NCBI GenBank assembly: GCA_965366815.1
Contig: CBDUGV010000004.1
Coordinates: 1-58,523, forward strand
Length of the DNA stretch: 58,523 nt
Direction of reading: 5' to 3'
DNA from: an uncultured Bdellovibrionales bacterium
Lineage (GTDB): Bacteria > Bdellovibrionota_C > UBA2361 > SZUA-149
Within the stretch, counting starts at the first letter, position 1, and each line of letters starts with the position of its first letter. The notes beneath the pieces were generated by a model. It made no database searches and had not been told where the DNA came from. It saw only the letters and a program-made list of their open reading frames with translations. Position numbers and translations under genes: made by a program. Positions 9,834-18,508 of the stretch are shown here, piece by piece.

Positions 9834-10564
9834 GGGAACTCGGCATCAGCAGAGAGGAGAAAATTGCTACTCCGATACATTTCTCCAATTAAACTCTCAT
9901 ATACCAATGGGTGCACTCCGCCAGTATAGCGCTTCCCTTTTGCGACAAACTCAAACTTAGATTTGTCCGGTTGACCAAGAAACACTTCACTCGCACCCAC
10001 ACTCATCGCGTCTGTCGCCAGTTGTCGAATGATGAGCTCGCAATGCTCCAATGAGTATTGTCCGCTAAGAGTTGCATCGAGTAGCTGTAGATAGCGCACC
10101 CAGGTACGGACGATCTGGCTTGCTCCTGCGAGCACCACTGACGTGCCTGGCAACTGAATTGGGATCTTGGTATCCGCAATAGCGAACCGATACCCTTCAA
10201 CGCACTCCTGACAGCGCTGTGGTAGCACGTGCCAATGCCGCATTTCTTCAACCGTTAGCGTACTCCCATAGCGCTCCACTGCCCTCTCAGAAACACTCTG
10301 CAACAACTCAACCGTTGGGAGATGAAGTGAATTGCAAACTGGGAGACCAAGTACGTTTGCAACTTCCTTTAACAAACCAACTGGGCTGTAGCCCTGTTGA
10401 TCCGCTACTAATGCAATGAGGTCAGGCTGTGGGGCTGCGGTTCGCTCCGCACTTCGAACGATCCGTCGTCCGACTATCCTACAAAGTGCGCTTCTCACGT
10501 CTTTTGCTCTCACTAGCTCAGTTACGAGTTTTGCAAGCTGATTCTGCACGGATCTGCCTCCCAA
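9758..10564 (-). CDS. Hypothetical protein resembling PilB/GspE N-terminal domains, no ATPase domain
   Basis: KEVANVLGLP segment is T2SSE_N-like. DAMSVGASEVFLGQP resembles the A..gASDIHIEP motif. No Walker A. Paralogous to 16363..16932. Confidence 0.5.
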   Translation of the reverse strand: MGGRSVQNQLAKLVTELVRAKDVRSALCRIVGRRIVRSAERTAAPQPDLIALVADQQGYSPVGLLKEVANVLGLPVCNSLHLPTVELLQSVSERAVERYGSTLTVEEMRHWHVLPQRCQECVEGYRFAIADTKIPIQLPGTSVVLAGASQIVRTWVRYLQLLDATLSGQYSLEHCELIIRQLATDAMSVGASEVFLGQPDKSKFEFVAKGKRYTGGVHPLVYESLIGEMYRSSNFLLSADAEFPWNVTLARTSNGVSEVIFLSWDSNY

Positions 10565-10578
10565 TCATCTCTCTGAAA

Positions 10579-11385
10579 CTAGAGACTCACTTTCTCAACA
10601 GCAATGGTTCGAGTGAGCTCTAGAATGGGAACTATGGGAACTGCGGCCACAAGCAACATCAAACCAATCACACTGAGAAACACTGGAAAAACTACCGCAT
10701 TCTCTAGTTTCTTAACCCGGGCTTCAACCGATGTACGCCATTCGAGATGTGCATATTCACTCAGATTTCGTAGCGATGGGATGAGTTCCGCGCCCTCTCG
10801 CATGCTGATATCGAGATGTAGTAGTGTATGTTGCAACGAACTGTGGGGAACCGATTCGGCCAGTCTTTGGAGAGCGTGCTCAATGGGCGCACCACTCGCA
10901 CACTGCTGATACAACACTCTAAACAGTCGAACAACTGGGTTCGCCGAGTTACTGATCTCTTCCGAAGAAATCAATTTCTCAATCGCCGCGAAAACACTGA
11001 GACCCGAATCAACCGCCAAGATAAGTGCCTCAAGCGTCAAAGGGAGTCGAAAGAGTACCTCACGATAAAATCTAATCTCTCGCCAACGGAAATATCCAGC
11101 ACATACGTAGGGTACGATTACCAACCAAATCAACGTACCGTAAACGCTTCCGATCAACCCCGCAGAGAAATATCCAAAGCAAACCGCGAATACCCAGCAA
11201 ACACTACCGCACAGTGTGATCCAAAACCGTGCGCGGCGACGATCGAGCAAAGACATGAATCCCGCCCGCCCTAAGCGACTACTGAGCAATGCTACTTCAA
11301 TCTCATCGACTCTATGTGACGACTCCGAGTAAGCCTGTCCCATATCTTCAAGCCATTGCAGGCGCTTTCTGTCTTTCAGGCTCAT
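10579..11385 (-). CDS. tadC: Tad inner-membrane platform protein TadC (T2SS F family)
   Basis: LPLTLEALILAVDSGLS, GAELIPSLRNLS, C-terminal TM. ATG 11385 overlaps the tadB stop (ATGA). Confidence 0.82.
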   Translation of the reverse strand: MSLKDRKRLQWLEDMGQAYSESSHRVDEIEVALLSSRLGRAGFMSLLDRRRARFWITLCGSVCWVFAVCFGYFSAGLIGSVYGTLIWLVIVPYVCAGYFRWREIRFYREVLFRLPLTLEALILAVDSGLSVFAAIEKLISSEEISNSANPVVRLFRVLYQQCASGAPIEHALQRLAESVPHSSLQHTLLHLDISMREGAELIPSLRNLSEYAHLEWRTSVEARVKKLENAVVFPVFLSVIGLMLLVAAVPIVPILELTRTIAVEKVSL

Positions 11386-12248
11386 GGTGTAAAGGCACTC
11401 ATCCGCCGAAGCGTAAGATAACTCACAAGAATTAACAGCGAACCGCTCAGTGCAAGTATGCGAGCAGTCGGATGGTGAAACAGAGTAGTCCAATATTCGT
11501 TTGTTCGAAGCGCCACCATGCCGACCAGCGCCGGAGTCAGGCAGAGAAGTATGTGCGCAGTCGTTCGCATCGTTGCGGTGCTCACTCTGGCAGACTGCAC
11601 CAAGACCGCACGATCTCTTGAAACCCGAGCTAATCGCTGCAAGGTCGGTGAAAATCGGCCTCCGTTCTCCAGTACGAGCAAGAGACCTTGGCGAAACAGC
11701 ACTAAATCTGGTTGGTCAATGCTAGCAGCAAACTCAGCGAGGGCACGTTCCTTGGACACACCACTGCGGAGTTTCTCTAAGAGCAAGTCAGCCTCACGCC
11801 GAACCAGGTTTTCTCGTGGGAAGAACTGAACCGCTCGCTCGAGTGCAGCATACGGACTCAAGCCAGCTTTGAGACTCGCTGCCGTTGCAAGCACGACACT
11901 CGGATAGTCTTCGAGAAATCGATGCGCTCGCCGAGCGGCCAACCGGCGCAACCAAGCAATGCCCATGTAGAGAACAAGCAGAAATACAACCAAAGCTCCA
12001 AGTAAAGAAAACAATCTGATCGAGAATCCAGCACAAACACTGGCCACTAGGATGAGACTAGAGATGAATTCATACGGACTCTTGTCAACATCGGCTTGAA
12101 GGAGCAGGAGCGAGAGTTGCGACTGACTGCTTGTACTTCCTTCATCTCGGCAAGCGGTTGCCTCTTTGATCGAGGCATCGCGAGTATCAGCATGGGCGAG
12201 CCAAGTCATTCGTTGATAGTCAGTAGCTCTCTGAGTACGAAACATCAT
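11382..12248 (-). CDS. tadB: Tad inner-membrane platform protein TadB
   Basis: FLEDYP..VLATAASLKAGLS..AL, ENGGRFSPTLQRLA, C-terminal TMs; follows tadA. Confidence 0.85.
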   Translation of the reverse strand: MMFRTQRATDYQRMTWLAHADTRDASIKEATACRDEGSTSSQSQLSLLLLQADVDKSPYEFISSLILVASVCAGFSIRLFSLLGALVVFLLVLYMGIAWLRRLAARRAHRFLEDYPSVVLATAASLKAGLSPYAALERAVQFFPRENLVRREADLLLEKLRSGVSKERALAEFAASIDQPDLVLFRQGLLLVLENGGRFSPTLQRLARVSRDRAVLVQSARVSTATMRTTAHILLCLTPALVGMVALRTNEYWTTLFHHPTARILALSGSLLILVSYLTLRRMSAFTP

Positions 12249-13657
12249 CCACGTACCCGCTCAAACGCTCGCCCTTGCGGCTCAGTTCCGATTTGCATTT
12301 CTGTGCCCAAGGGAGGTAGCTCAAACCCCTGGGCTTCTAACTCTTTCGAGAACATTGAGATGCCACTTTCTCGTCGCCACACGGGCTCAGTAGAGGAATC
12401 TGATGGTCGGATAAAGGAAAATATGGGTGACACTTGCACTTCACCGTCGGTAGAACTATGAACCTCGAGTACTTGTAGAATTTTCCGCTCGCCACTCGTT
12501 GGATCAATTCCGAGAAAAACAACTACCGAGATTGCGTTACTAATCTGTCGACGTATGGTCGATATGGAAACACCCGATTGCGCACGAGACAAGAACAGTT
12601 CTAGTCGAGACAGTGCATCTCGTGCGCTTCGCGCATGGATCGTGGACATTCCCACATGCCCCGAGGAACAAACATCTATATACGCCTCGGCGGCTTCTGC
12701 ATCTCGCATTTCGCCCAGAATTACTCTGTTCATCGCCATCCGCATTCCGGCTCGAATTGCGTGAGCGGGGGCAATCCGTCCCGCACCCTCAGTGTTCGCG
12801 TCTCGAGTCAGGAGTGTCCGAGTAAACGGCCTATCCAGAACAATTTCATGAGTATCTTCGATTACCAGAATTGCTTGGTCGGACTCGATCTCGAGTGCGA
12901 GCGCCCGCACCAATGTTGTTTTTCCGGTACCAACTTCTCCTGCGATCAAGACCGAAGCGGCTCCTTTGTTAACTATGCCCGCAAGATACTCTAAAACTAT
13001 CCGCGGGCAGAGACGGAAACCAACTAGTCTTGTGAGCGAAACAAACTCATGTCTGGATATTCGCAGCGTGAGCATTGGACCAGAGTTTTCAGGAGAAAAT
13101 GACTCGTGCGTAACACAGGCTCTCACTTTCGAATCAATGCTCGCGTCAACTACCGGCGCGGCAAGAGTAGATGCTTTCCCTGCACGCTTGAGGAGATTCT
13201 CCACAAACGACACATAGCTTGAATGATCGGAGAACTTGAGATCTGTTTGGATATTCGTTCGACCTGTCTGAACGCTTATATCGTCGAACGATCTAATAAT
13301 GATATCGTTGATTTTGGGGTTCTCAACAAGTGGAGTCAGAATATCGTAGTTTGTCAGTGAAGCCGACAAGGCAGCAACCGCTGCATGCCGTTCATGGGCT
13401 GACAGCTCTTCGCCTTGGTTTTCTTCAACTTGATCTACGAACTCAGTTAGCTCAGCGTGATCGGGATCAATTGAAAATTCGTCATTTCGATGTCGCTCGA
13501 CGAGCCGACGTGCTTCATCGACTACATACTTTGCTGTTGGTGTAAGGTGAGTTGCGCACATCGTTTGACGGGTTCTGGAATACGATCGACCGAAATACTC
13601 CCTGCGGATTTCCCGAGCAGTGACTCGTCGAGCCTCGTTAGCCTTGCGACGATGCAT
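12245..13657 (-). CDS. tadA: Tad/Flp pilus assembly ATPase TadA/CpaF
   Basis: ENPKINDIII, Walker A GEVGTGKTT, Asp box EDTHE, Walker B VILGEMR, His box GHVGMSTIHA. Confidence 0.93.
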   Translation of the reverse strand: MHRRKANEARRVTAREIRREYFGRSYSRTRQTMCATHLTPTAKYVVDEARRLVERHRNDEFSIDPDHAELTEFVDQVEENQGEELSAHERHAAVAALSASLTNYDILTPLVENPKINDIIIRSFDDISVQTGRTNIQTDLKFSDHSSYVSFVENLLKRAGKASTLAAPVVDASIDSKVRACVTHESFSPENSGPMLTLRISRHEFVSLTRLVGFRLCPRIVLEYLAGIVNKGAASVLIAGEVGTGKTTLVRALALEIESDQAILVIEDTHEIVLDRPFTRTLLTRDANTEGAGRIAPAHAIRAGMRMAMNRVILGEMRDAEAAEAYIDVCSSGHVGMSTIHARSARDALSRLELFLSRAQSGVSISTIRRQISNAISVVVFLGIDPTSGERKILQVLEVHSSTDGEVQVSPIFSFIRPSDSSTEPVWRRESGISMFSKELEAQGFELPPLGTEMQIGTEPQGRAFERVRG

Positions 13658-14543
13658 ACAGTTCTCCTATCGACTTCTCCTCCCAATGTTCGTTTTCAGT
13701 AAGCACGTAGTGCTTGCCATCTGGTCCACGCGCCGTACCTCGATATCGTTTGGGTTCTCGAATCCTCATGGTTGGAAGCCCGAGAATCTCGCGTTGACTC
13801 ATTCTGCGAACATACGTGGGCTGCTGATCTCCTATGCCCCTCAGTGTTAAGGTTACCCTCCCTACCTCAGAGGCTGCGGAGATCCTAAGTGCGTCATCTT
13901 GACTGACCAGCAGAGTGATTGTGTCTGGCACTCGCAACACGGTAGGTCCCTGGGCTACTGGTTCGGACGAACGACCCGCTGATAGTACTTGAACATTCTC
14001 AGCAATCACTCGACTTTGTATTTCGCCCGCGCGACCAGCTTTTCGGCGAAGAACTACTACATCCACATGACTACCTGACTGAACCCATCCTTCAACGGCG
14101 GATTCAGAGTTTAGCGTCACGGTCACGGCGCGCATTCCTTCGGGGATACGCTCGGTAACCGAGTTCCCCGGAGTTCGAGTTTTACTGAGGGACGACAAAG
14201 GCACGGGCATAAACGCGGGCAGCAGCGTTCTTGCCAAATGATCCTGGTAGGCATCTGCCTCCCTTAGATAATCACCAACTAAATAGCTCTTCGGCCATTT
14301 TATTGTAATGAACTTCGTCTCTCCTACCCGTTGCCCTTTCACCACATCTCGATGAGGAACTGGCACGAGGATTGTGTCGAAATCGCGAGCGACGCGGATA
14401 GACGAATCGGCGCTCGTTTGACTCTGTTGCGGTCTAAAGCCGATACCCGCGGCAACGAGGCCACATACTATACACAGCAGGACCGGAGCCAAAACTTGAC
14501 GCTTGGAGCGGTGCCTTCGAGGTAGGGTCCGCCTGTGCATCAC
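13638..14543 (-). CDS. cpaB: Flp pilus assembly protein CpaB/RcpC
   Basis: N-terminal TM, SAF-like region, IPEGMRAVTV...VEGWVQSGSHVDVV, TITLLVS.DDA, LTLRG.GD. Confidence 0.9.
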   Translation of the reverse strand: MMHRRTLPRRHRSKRQVLAPVLLCIVCGLVAAGIGFRPQQSQTSADSSIRVARDFDTILVPVPHRDVVKGQRVGETKFITIKWPKSYLVGDYLREADAYQDHLARTLLPAFMPVPLSSLSKTRTPGNSVTERIPEGMRAVTVTLNSESAVEGWVQSGSHVDVVVLRRKAGRAGEIQSRVIAENVQVLSAGRSSEPVAQGPTVLRVPDTITLLVSQDDALRISAASEVGRVTLTLRGIGDQQPTYVRRMSQREILGLPTMRIREPKRYRGTARGPDGKHYVLTENEHWEEKSIGELYASSQG

Positions 14544-14725
14544 TGCCCACCGCTTGCAGGACCGCCAATGTTTGTCGGCGGTGCAGCGAATCCGATATTG
14601 GCAAAGTAGTCAGACAAATTGTTGTAGAAGACTAGTAAGCCCGCGGAGAGCGCTACAACAGCTCCAATGAACAAAACCTGCTCCAAGGCAAGGCTCCCTT
14701 TTTCCTCAAAAAAGCTTATTCTCAT
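14540..14725 (-). CDS. flp: Flp (type IVc) prepilin
   Basis: 61 aa; short leader ending EEKG, then SLALE (Glu at +5) and a hydrophobic helix; lies inside the tad operon. Confidence 0.75.
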   Translation of the reverse strand: MRISFFEEKGSLALEQVLFIGAVVALSAGLLVFYNNLSDYFANIGFAAPPTNIGGPASGGQ

Positions 14726-16100
14726 CGGGTTCTCCTAATTCGCATTGAGTTGGTGGCACGTAGTACGGCGTGCTTGTCTGGGTAAGATTGTTTGCTGGCA
14801 TGAGTCGCGGAACCTGCTCAGCACAAGCGGCATTGCCTGGTTCAACTAGCTTTGGACGAAAGAACCGGCTCAAGAGACCGGTGGGACGTTGTCTTGGCCT
14901 ACCCACCAGAGTTGGTGTCGCCAGGTCAGAGTGCAGCTCGGTGAGTGCGTCTCGAAGAAGTGCATCCAAGACAATCTTGGTTCGTTTTCGTGAAGCGGTG
15001 TAGAAGTTGCTCCCACTACCTATCCAATTCCTGCCGTTTGTGTCGTGTGGGACAACCATTTCCAACGCCATTTCTGGATCAAACGCCGGGTAGAGTGAAA
15101 GAAATTCCATCATATCGGTTCGAGTTACCCCATCAGGCCTTAGTTCGTTCAGTACTATTCGCGCATTCATATCGCCGGGGGCCTCGGCAAGGTTCGTGAG
15201 GAGGTGTCCGAGTAGATGTACCGATGCCGCGTCATTTGAACTCACAAGAAGTGCCGTATCAGCTCGACACCTCAACGCAAATGGCAAAACACCTTCGACG
15301 CCAGCTTGATCGATAAGTATAAGATCAAATCTCATCGCAAAGTAGTCGAAGGCAGATAGCGTATGCTCAAAAGTATCCGCACTGCGTAGCCACAGCTCGC
15401 GAATTGCCGAGCCACCAGCGGGAGGAAGCAGTACTTTCACTTTCGTGGGAGCCTCTACGATGCAGCGTTCAAGAATATGCGGATCCGGAGCAATCCCCTC
15501 AGACAAGGCAGACGCATACTCTGCTGAATCCCATCGGTCACAGGCTAGGTAGAACGGAATCACGCCACCATAAGAGAAATCGACGACGAGGACGCGTAGT
15601 CCCAAAGCTTGCGCCGCATGCGCGAAACCCAGAACCAGAGAAGTTACCCCGGTTCCCCCTTTCACGCCCTGGACGGTGATGATCTTGCCGCCATTTGATT
15701 CTTCTTGTTTCGCCGAGAGAAGAAGAAACTCGTGAATGATTCTCAGCGAAGACTCCTCCACAGAGAAAATCTGACAACAAAACTTGTCGAAGTGTCGTAG
15801 GGTCCTTAGTTGATACCGTGCCGGTTCTAGAAACAGAAAAATAGGGACTTCTGGGTATGCGCAATGCAGATCAGAACAAAGCGAGTACGTCTCGTCCATG
15901 CCCATCCGACCACCAATGGCAAACGCCTGTGGTGCTGCACTAAAGAACACCTCCTCAGAGGAAGCCGGGTACGGTTGGACAAACGCGGTGTGCCCAACAC
16001 TCGCTCGATACTGCTTGCAGACGTCGTTCAGATAGTCACGCAGTGCAACCCGATCGTCGGGCTCTCTATCAATGCAAGCGATTCGAACAATTCGACTCAT
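14706..16100 (-). CDS. cpaE: TadZ/CpaE-like pilus localisation protein (REC-like plus ParA/MinD-like domain)
   Basis: Degenerate receiver at the N-terminus (RIACIDRE), deviant Walker A GVKGGTGVTS, VLVVDF, FDLILID. Confidence 0.8.
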   Translation of the reverse strand: MSRIVRIACIDREPDDRVALRDYLNDVCKQYRASVGHTAFVQPYPASSEEVFFSAAPQAFAIGGRMGMDETYSLCSDLHCAYPEVPIFLFLEPARYQLRTLRHFDKFCCQIFSVEESSLRIIHEFLLLSAKQEESNGGKIITVQGVKGGTGVTSLVLGFAHAAQALGLRVLVVDFSYGGVIPFYLACDRWDSAEYASALSEGIAPDPHILERCIVEAPTKVKVLLPPAGGSAIRELWLRSADTFEHTLSAFDYFAMRFDLILIDQAGVEGVLPFALRCRADTALLVSSNDAASVHLLGHLLTNLAEAPGDMNARIVLNELRPDGVTRTDMMEFLSLYPAFDPEMALEMVVPHDTNGRNWIGSGSNFYTASRKRTKIVLDALLRDALTELHSDLATPTLVGRPRQRPTGLLSRFFRPKLVEPGNAACAEQVPRLMPANNLTQTSTPYYVPPTQCELGEPDENKLF

Positions 16101-16362
16101 AGAACAACCTCAGCTCAAACAAGGTGTCAAAGGAAGTCGAGCTATACCGATTACGAATGGAATTCTCTAGAGGGTGCAGCTATTTCAAGTCGTAGCCTCC
16201 AGCACAACAGATAGCTGGCTGAGTGGTAACTCAAAGATATTCCTAGGCTTCAACCGAGTGCGGTCGCCATCATTTATTCGAAATTGAGATGAGGAATGCG
16301 GGGTGCGAAGAAAGCTGAGTTTCCTCTTTGCCAGCTACCAATCTTGTCACTCAACTTTCTGA

Positions 16363-16932
16363 CTACTGCTGAAAGTGATCGTATTCAGTTTCCATCACAG
16401 AGGTGTCAAGCCAACGCATACGCCACGAAAGATGGACTACCGGATTGAGGTAGTTGCTCGTGAGTGAAAGGTTGAGAGCCTCAACATCTGCCCAATCGAC
16501 ATCAACTGAAATGTCAGGATCGTCGCCGAACAATTTCAACAGACCGAAGTAATCACTGGGATCAATCGAGCCCTGATAGCCACGATCATCAACGAAGAAC
16601 TCATAGCGGTACTCACGAGGATGTCCGATGTATACTTCCCGAGCACCGTACTCTATTGCCTCTAAAGCAATCTGCTCAGCTACGTGAAACAAACGTTTGC
16701 GAATAATCGTCCCGGAATTTTTAAGGGCAACAAGTTCACGATACTGGTCTTCGCAGCCAACAACTGAAAATTCACTGTCTCCCGAAAATACCTGGCTGTT
16801 CTGAGCTGGAGTCTCGTATGATCGTTCATCTCGCTGATCAATTTCCGAGAATTTACGAAATACAGAAAGTGGCTTGAGCAAACCACTGAGTGTGTTTTTT
16901 CGTTTTGCTTTCTTTTCTGAGACGTACAACAT
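16363..16932 (-). CDS. Hypothetical protein, paralogue of the C-terminal domain of 9758..10564
   Basis: 16/49 ungapped identities by eye to 9758..10564; both end V.LSW. AGGGG RBS. Confidence 0.65.
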   Translation of the reverse strand: MLYVSEKKAKRKNTLSGLLKPLSVFRKFSEIDQRDERSYETPAQNSQVFSGDSEFSVVGCEDQYRELVALKNSGTIIRKRLFHVAEQIALEAIEYGAREVYIGHPREYRYEFFVDDRGYQGSIDPSDYFGLLKLFGDDPDISVDVDWADVEALNLSLTSNYLNPVVHLSWRMRWLDTSVMETEYDHFQQ

Positions 16933-17027
16933 TGAATCCCCTGAGATAAGTAAACTACCGCCTGAATTCGATATAGCTCAAGCTGCTAATTTGAGCAAAT
17001 TAGAGACAGAATATTAAGCATAGCTAA

Positions 17028-18239
17028 TTACTCAACTATTCGAACTGACCGCTCAAACTGCAACAGGTTCTCGAACGCCAATTTTGAACCAAAAGGCACC
17101 TGCCCGTCCAACTCAGCTACACCCAGTGATATTCTCAGCCATTGACGAGCTTTGTAAAGATCTTCTGGCCCCTTGGCAGCGGCAAACAAGGCAACTGCAG
17201 CATTGTTAAAAATGAGCGCATAAAGATCGGGGTCATCGTGAATTCGCACCAGACCTGCGGCACGCTGAAACCGTTCTAAAGCTGACTTGTATAATTCATC
17301 AGCAACTCCACCCTGATCGATTGCCTCAAGCAAGTCGAACGTGCCAAGTAAATAATGCCCGAGACCAAAGGGGCTATTGGATAACCAAACACCGTTGAGG
17401 GTAGTAATCTGCACTAGTGAATCGCGACGCAATGCAACGGTATGTTCGGCTATATTCTTCGATCCCGGTGCAAGCTCGTCATATTGCCACCGCAAGGACT
17501 GAGCTAACCAAGCTAAGAAATGGAGTCCAAGTTCTCTGGGTTCTCCTGGCACTTTCAAGACATCTGGCAAGTAGCCAATCTTGAATTCCTGGTCCGACCA
17601 GTCAACTGTAACACTAGTCGTTTTTCCTCCGTCATCAGAGCCGAGTTGCAGACTTGGATTAAAGACGACCTCCATCCAATCGGGCTGGCCACGCACTAAA
17701 AACGGACTTTTCGGGTGAAACTCAGACAACCATTCGCCTGCGGTTCCATTCGAACCAACGCCCCGATGAACAAGACGACCATCTAGGAGATGGTAGGTAC
17801 GGGCGATTTGCGTATATCGTTGAAACAAACCGCGCGCCGCTAGGCCTTGCTCGTCAGTCTGGAGCCTTGCAAATATTATTTCTGAAAAGTCCTTCTCTCC
17901 CGGTGTTACTCCCCGCACGTGCAAGGTCGCGCCCATCCAAAGCGCAAGCACCAAAATCATTAGTGGAGCGGGAACTCGAAACGCCGGATCTTTTGGAAGC
18001 CGCCAGAAACCAAGAAACAAAATCGGGAAGGCAAACGCCTGGAGATCTTCACGCAACAAGCCGGCAAATGGAAGAAGCACTAACCCGAGAACAACAAGTA
18101 CTATGAGCGAAAGCCAGGCAAATCGAAGTTGTGTTTTCGCCAAGCGACACAGAGCAACCCACCCCTGTCGCAATCCGCAAGATAGTGCAGAGCCAAGTCT
18201 GCGAAGAACGTAAGCAATTGAGAGATTTTTCGAAAGCAC
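17028..18239 (-). CDS. Hypothetical membrane protein (3 N-terminal TM, soluble domain, TPR-like C-terminus)
   Basis: 403-aa ORF. Hydrophobic segments in the first 105 aa; helical C-terminus with ALERFQRAAG, FNNAAVAL, KARQWLRISL. Confidence 0.65.
   Translation of the reverse strand: MLSKNLSIAYVLRRLGSALSCGLRQGWVALCRLAKTQLRFAWLSLIVLVVLGLVLLPFAGLLREDLQAFAFPILFLGFWRLPKDPAFRVPAPLMILVLALWMGATLHVRGVTPGEKDFSEIIFARLQTDEQGLAARGLFQRYTQIARTYHLLDGRLVHRGVGSNGTAGEWLSEFHPKSPFLVRGQPDWMEVVFNPSLQLGSDDGGKTTSVTVDWSDQEFKIGYLPDVLKVPGEPRELGLHFLAWLAQSLRWQYDELAPGSKNIAEHTVALRRDSLVQITTLNGVWLSNSPFGLGHYLLGTFDLLEAIDQGGVADELYKSALERFQRAAGLVRIHDDPDLYALIFNNAAVALFAAAKGPEDLYKARQWLRISLGVAELDGQVPFGSKLAFENLLQFERSVRIVE
17997..18032 (-). 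repeat. Copy 1 of a 36-nt element encoding AFPILFLGFWRL (inside 17028..18239)
   Basis: Minus strand reads gcc ttc ccg att ttg ttt ctt ggt ttc tgg cgg ctt. Confidence 0.9.
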
Positions 18240-18292
18240 CTAAGCAGCTCAGCTTGTTGGTCTAAACCCTTGTTTCTAAGATTACCTACTTA

Positions 18293-18508
18293 TTAGCTCG
18301 GGGACTGCCGATTGGCAAACATAGCTTCACAAGTTTTCGAAATGTACCGCGTAATCAAGCTATGAACTCGCAGCAGTCGCCAAAATCCCAGAAATAAGAT
18401 AGGAAAGGCGAGGGAAAAACATCTTACGCGGTTAGAAATGGGAGAGAAAATGCGCAGTGTCAGAGCGGCCAGAGCAACGTTCACCGGCGATGCGCCTGAG
18501 CTTGCCAA
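18293..18508 (-). CDS. Possible small ORF carrying copy 2 of the AFPILFLGFWRL peptide
   Basis: 71-aa ORF upstream of and co-directional with 17028..18239. It overlaps the divergent kinase start and has no clear RBS. Confidence 0.3.
   Translation of the reverse strand: MASSGASPVNVALAALTLRIFSPISNRVRCFSLAFPILFLGFWRLLRVHSLITRYISKTCEAMFANRQSPS
18374..18409 (-). repeat. Copy 2 of the 36-nt element encoding AFPILFLGFWRL
   Basis: Minus strand reads gcc ttt cct atc tta ttt ctg gga ttt tgg cga ctg; 9 differences from copy 1, all at third codon positions and all synonymous. Confidence 0.9.

Noticed and set aside
16208-16270. tRNA D-arm-like ggctgagtggt upstream of the tad operon
   Set aside because: No anticodon arm, T arm or acceptor stem.
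16976-17003. Two mutually exclusive short hairpins (gctcaa/ttgagc versus ctaattt/aaattag)
   Set aside because: Stems of 6-7 bp, AT-rich and expected by chance.
17997-18409. Diversity-generating retroelement TR/VR pair
   Set aside because: Differences are not adenine-specific, the repeat is only 36 nt, and no reverse transcriptase is in the window.
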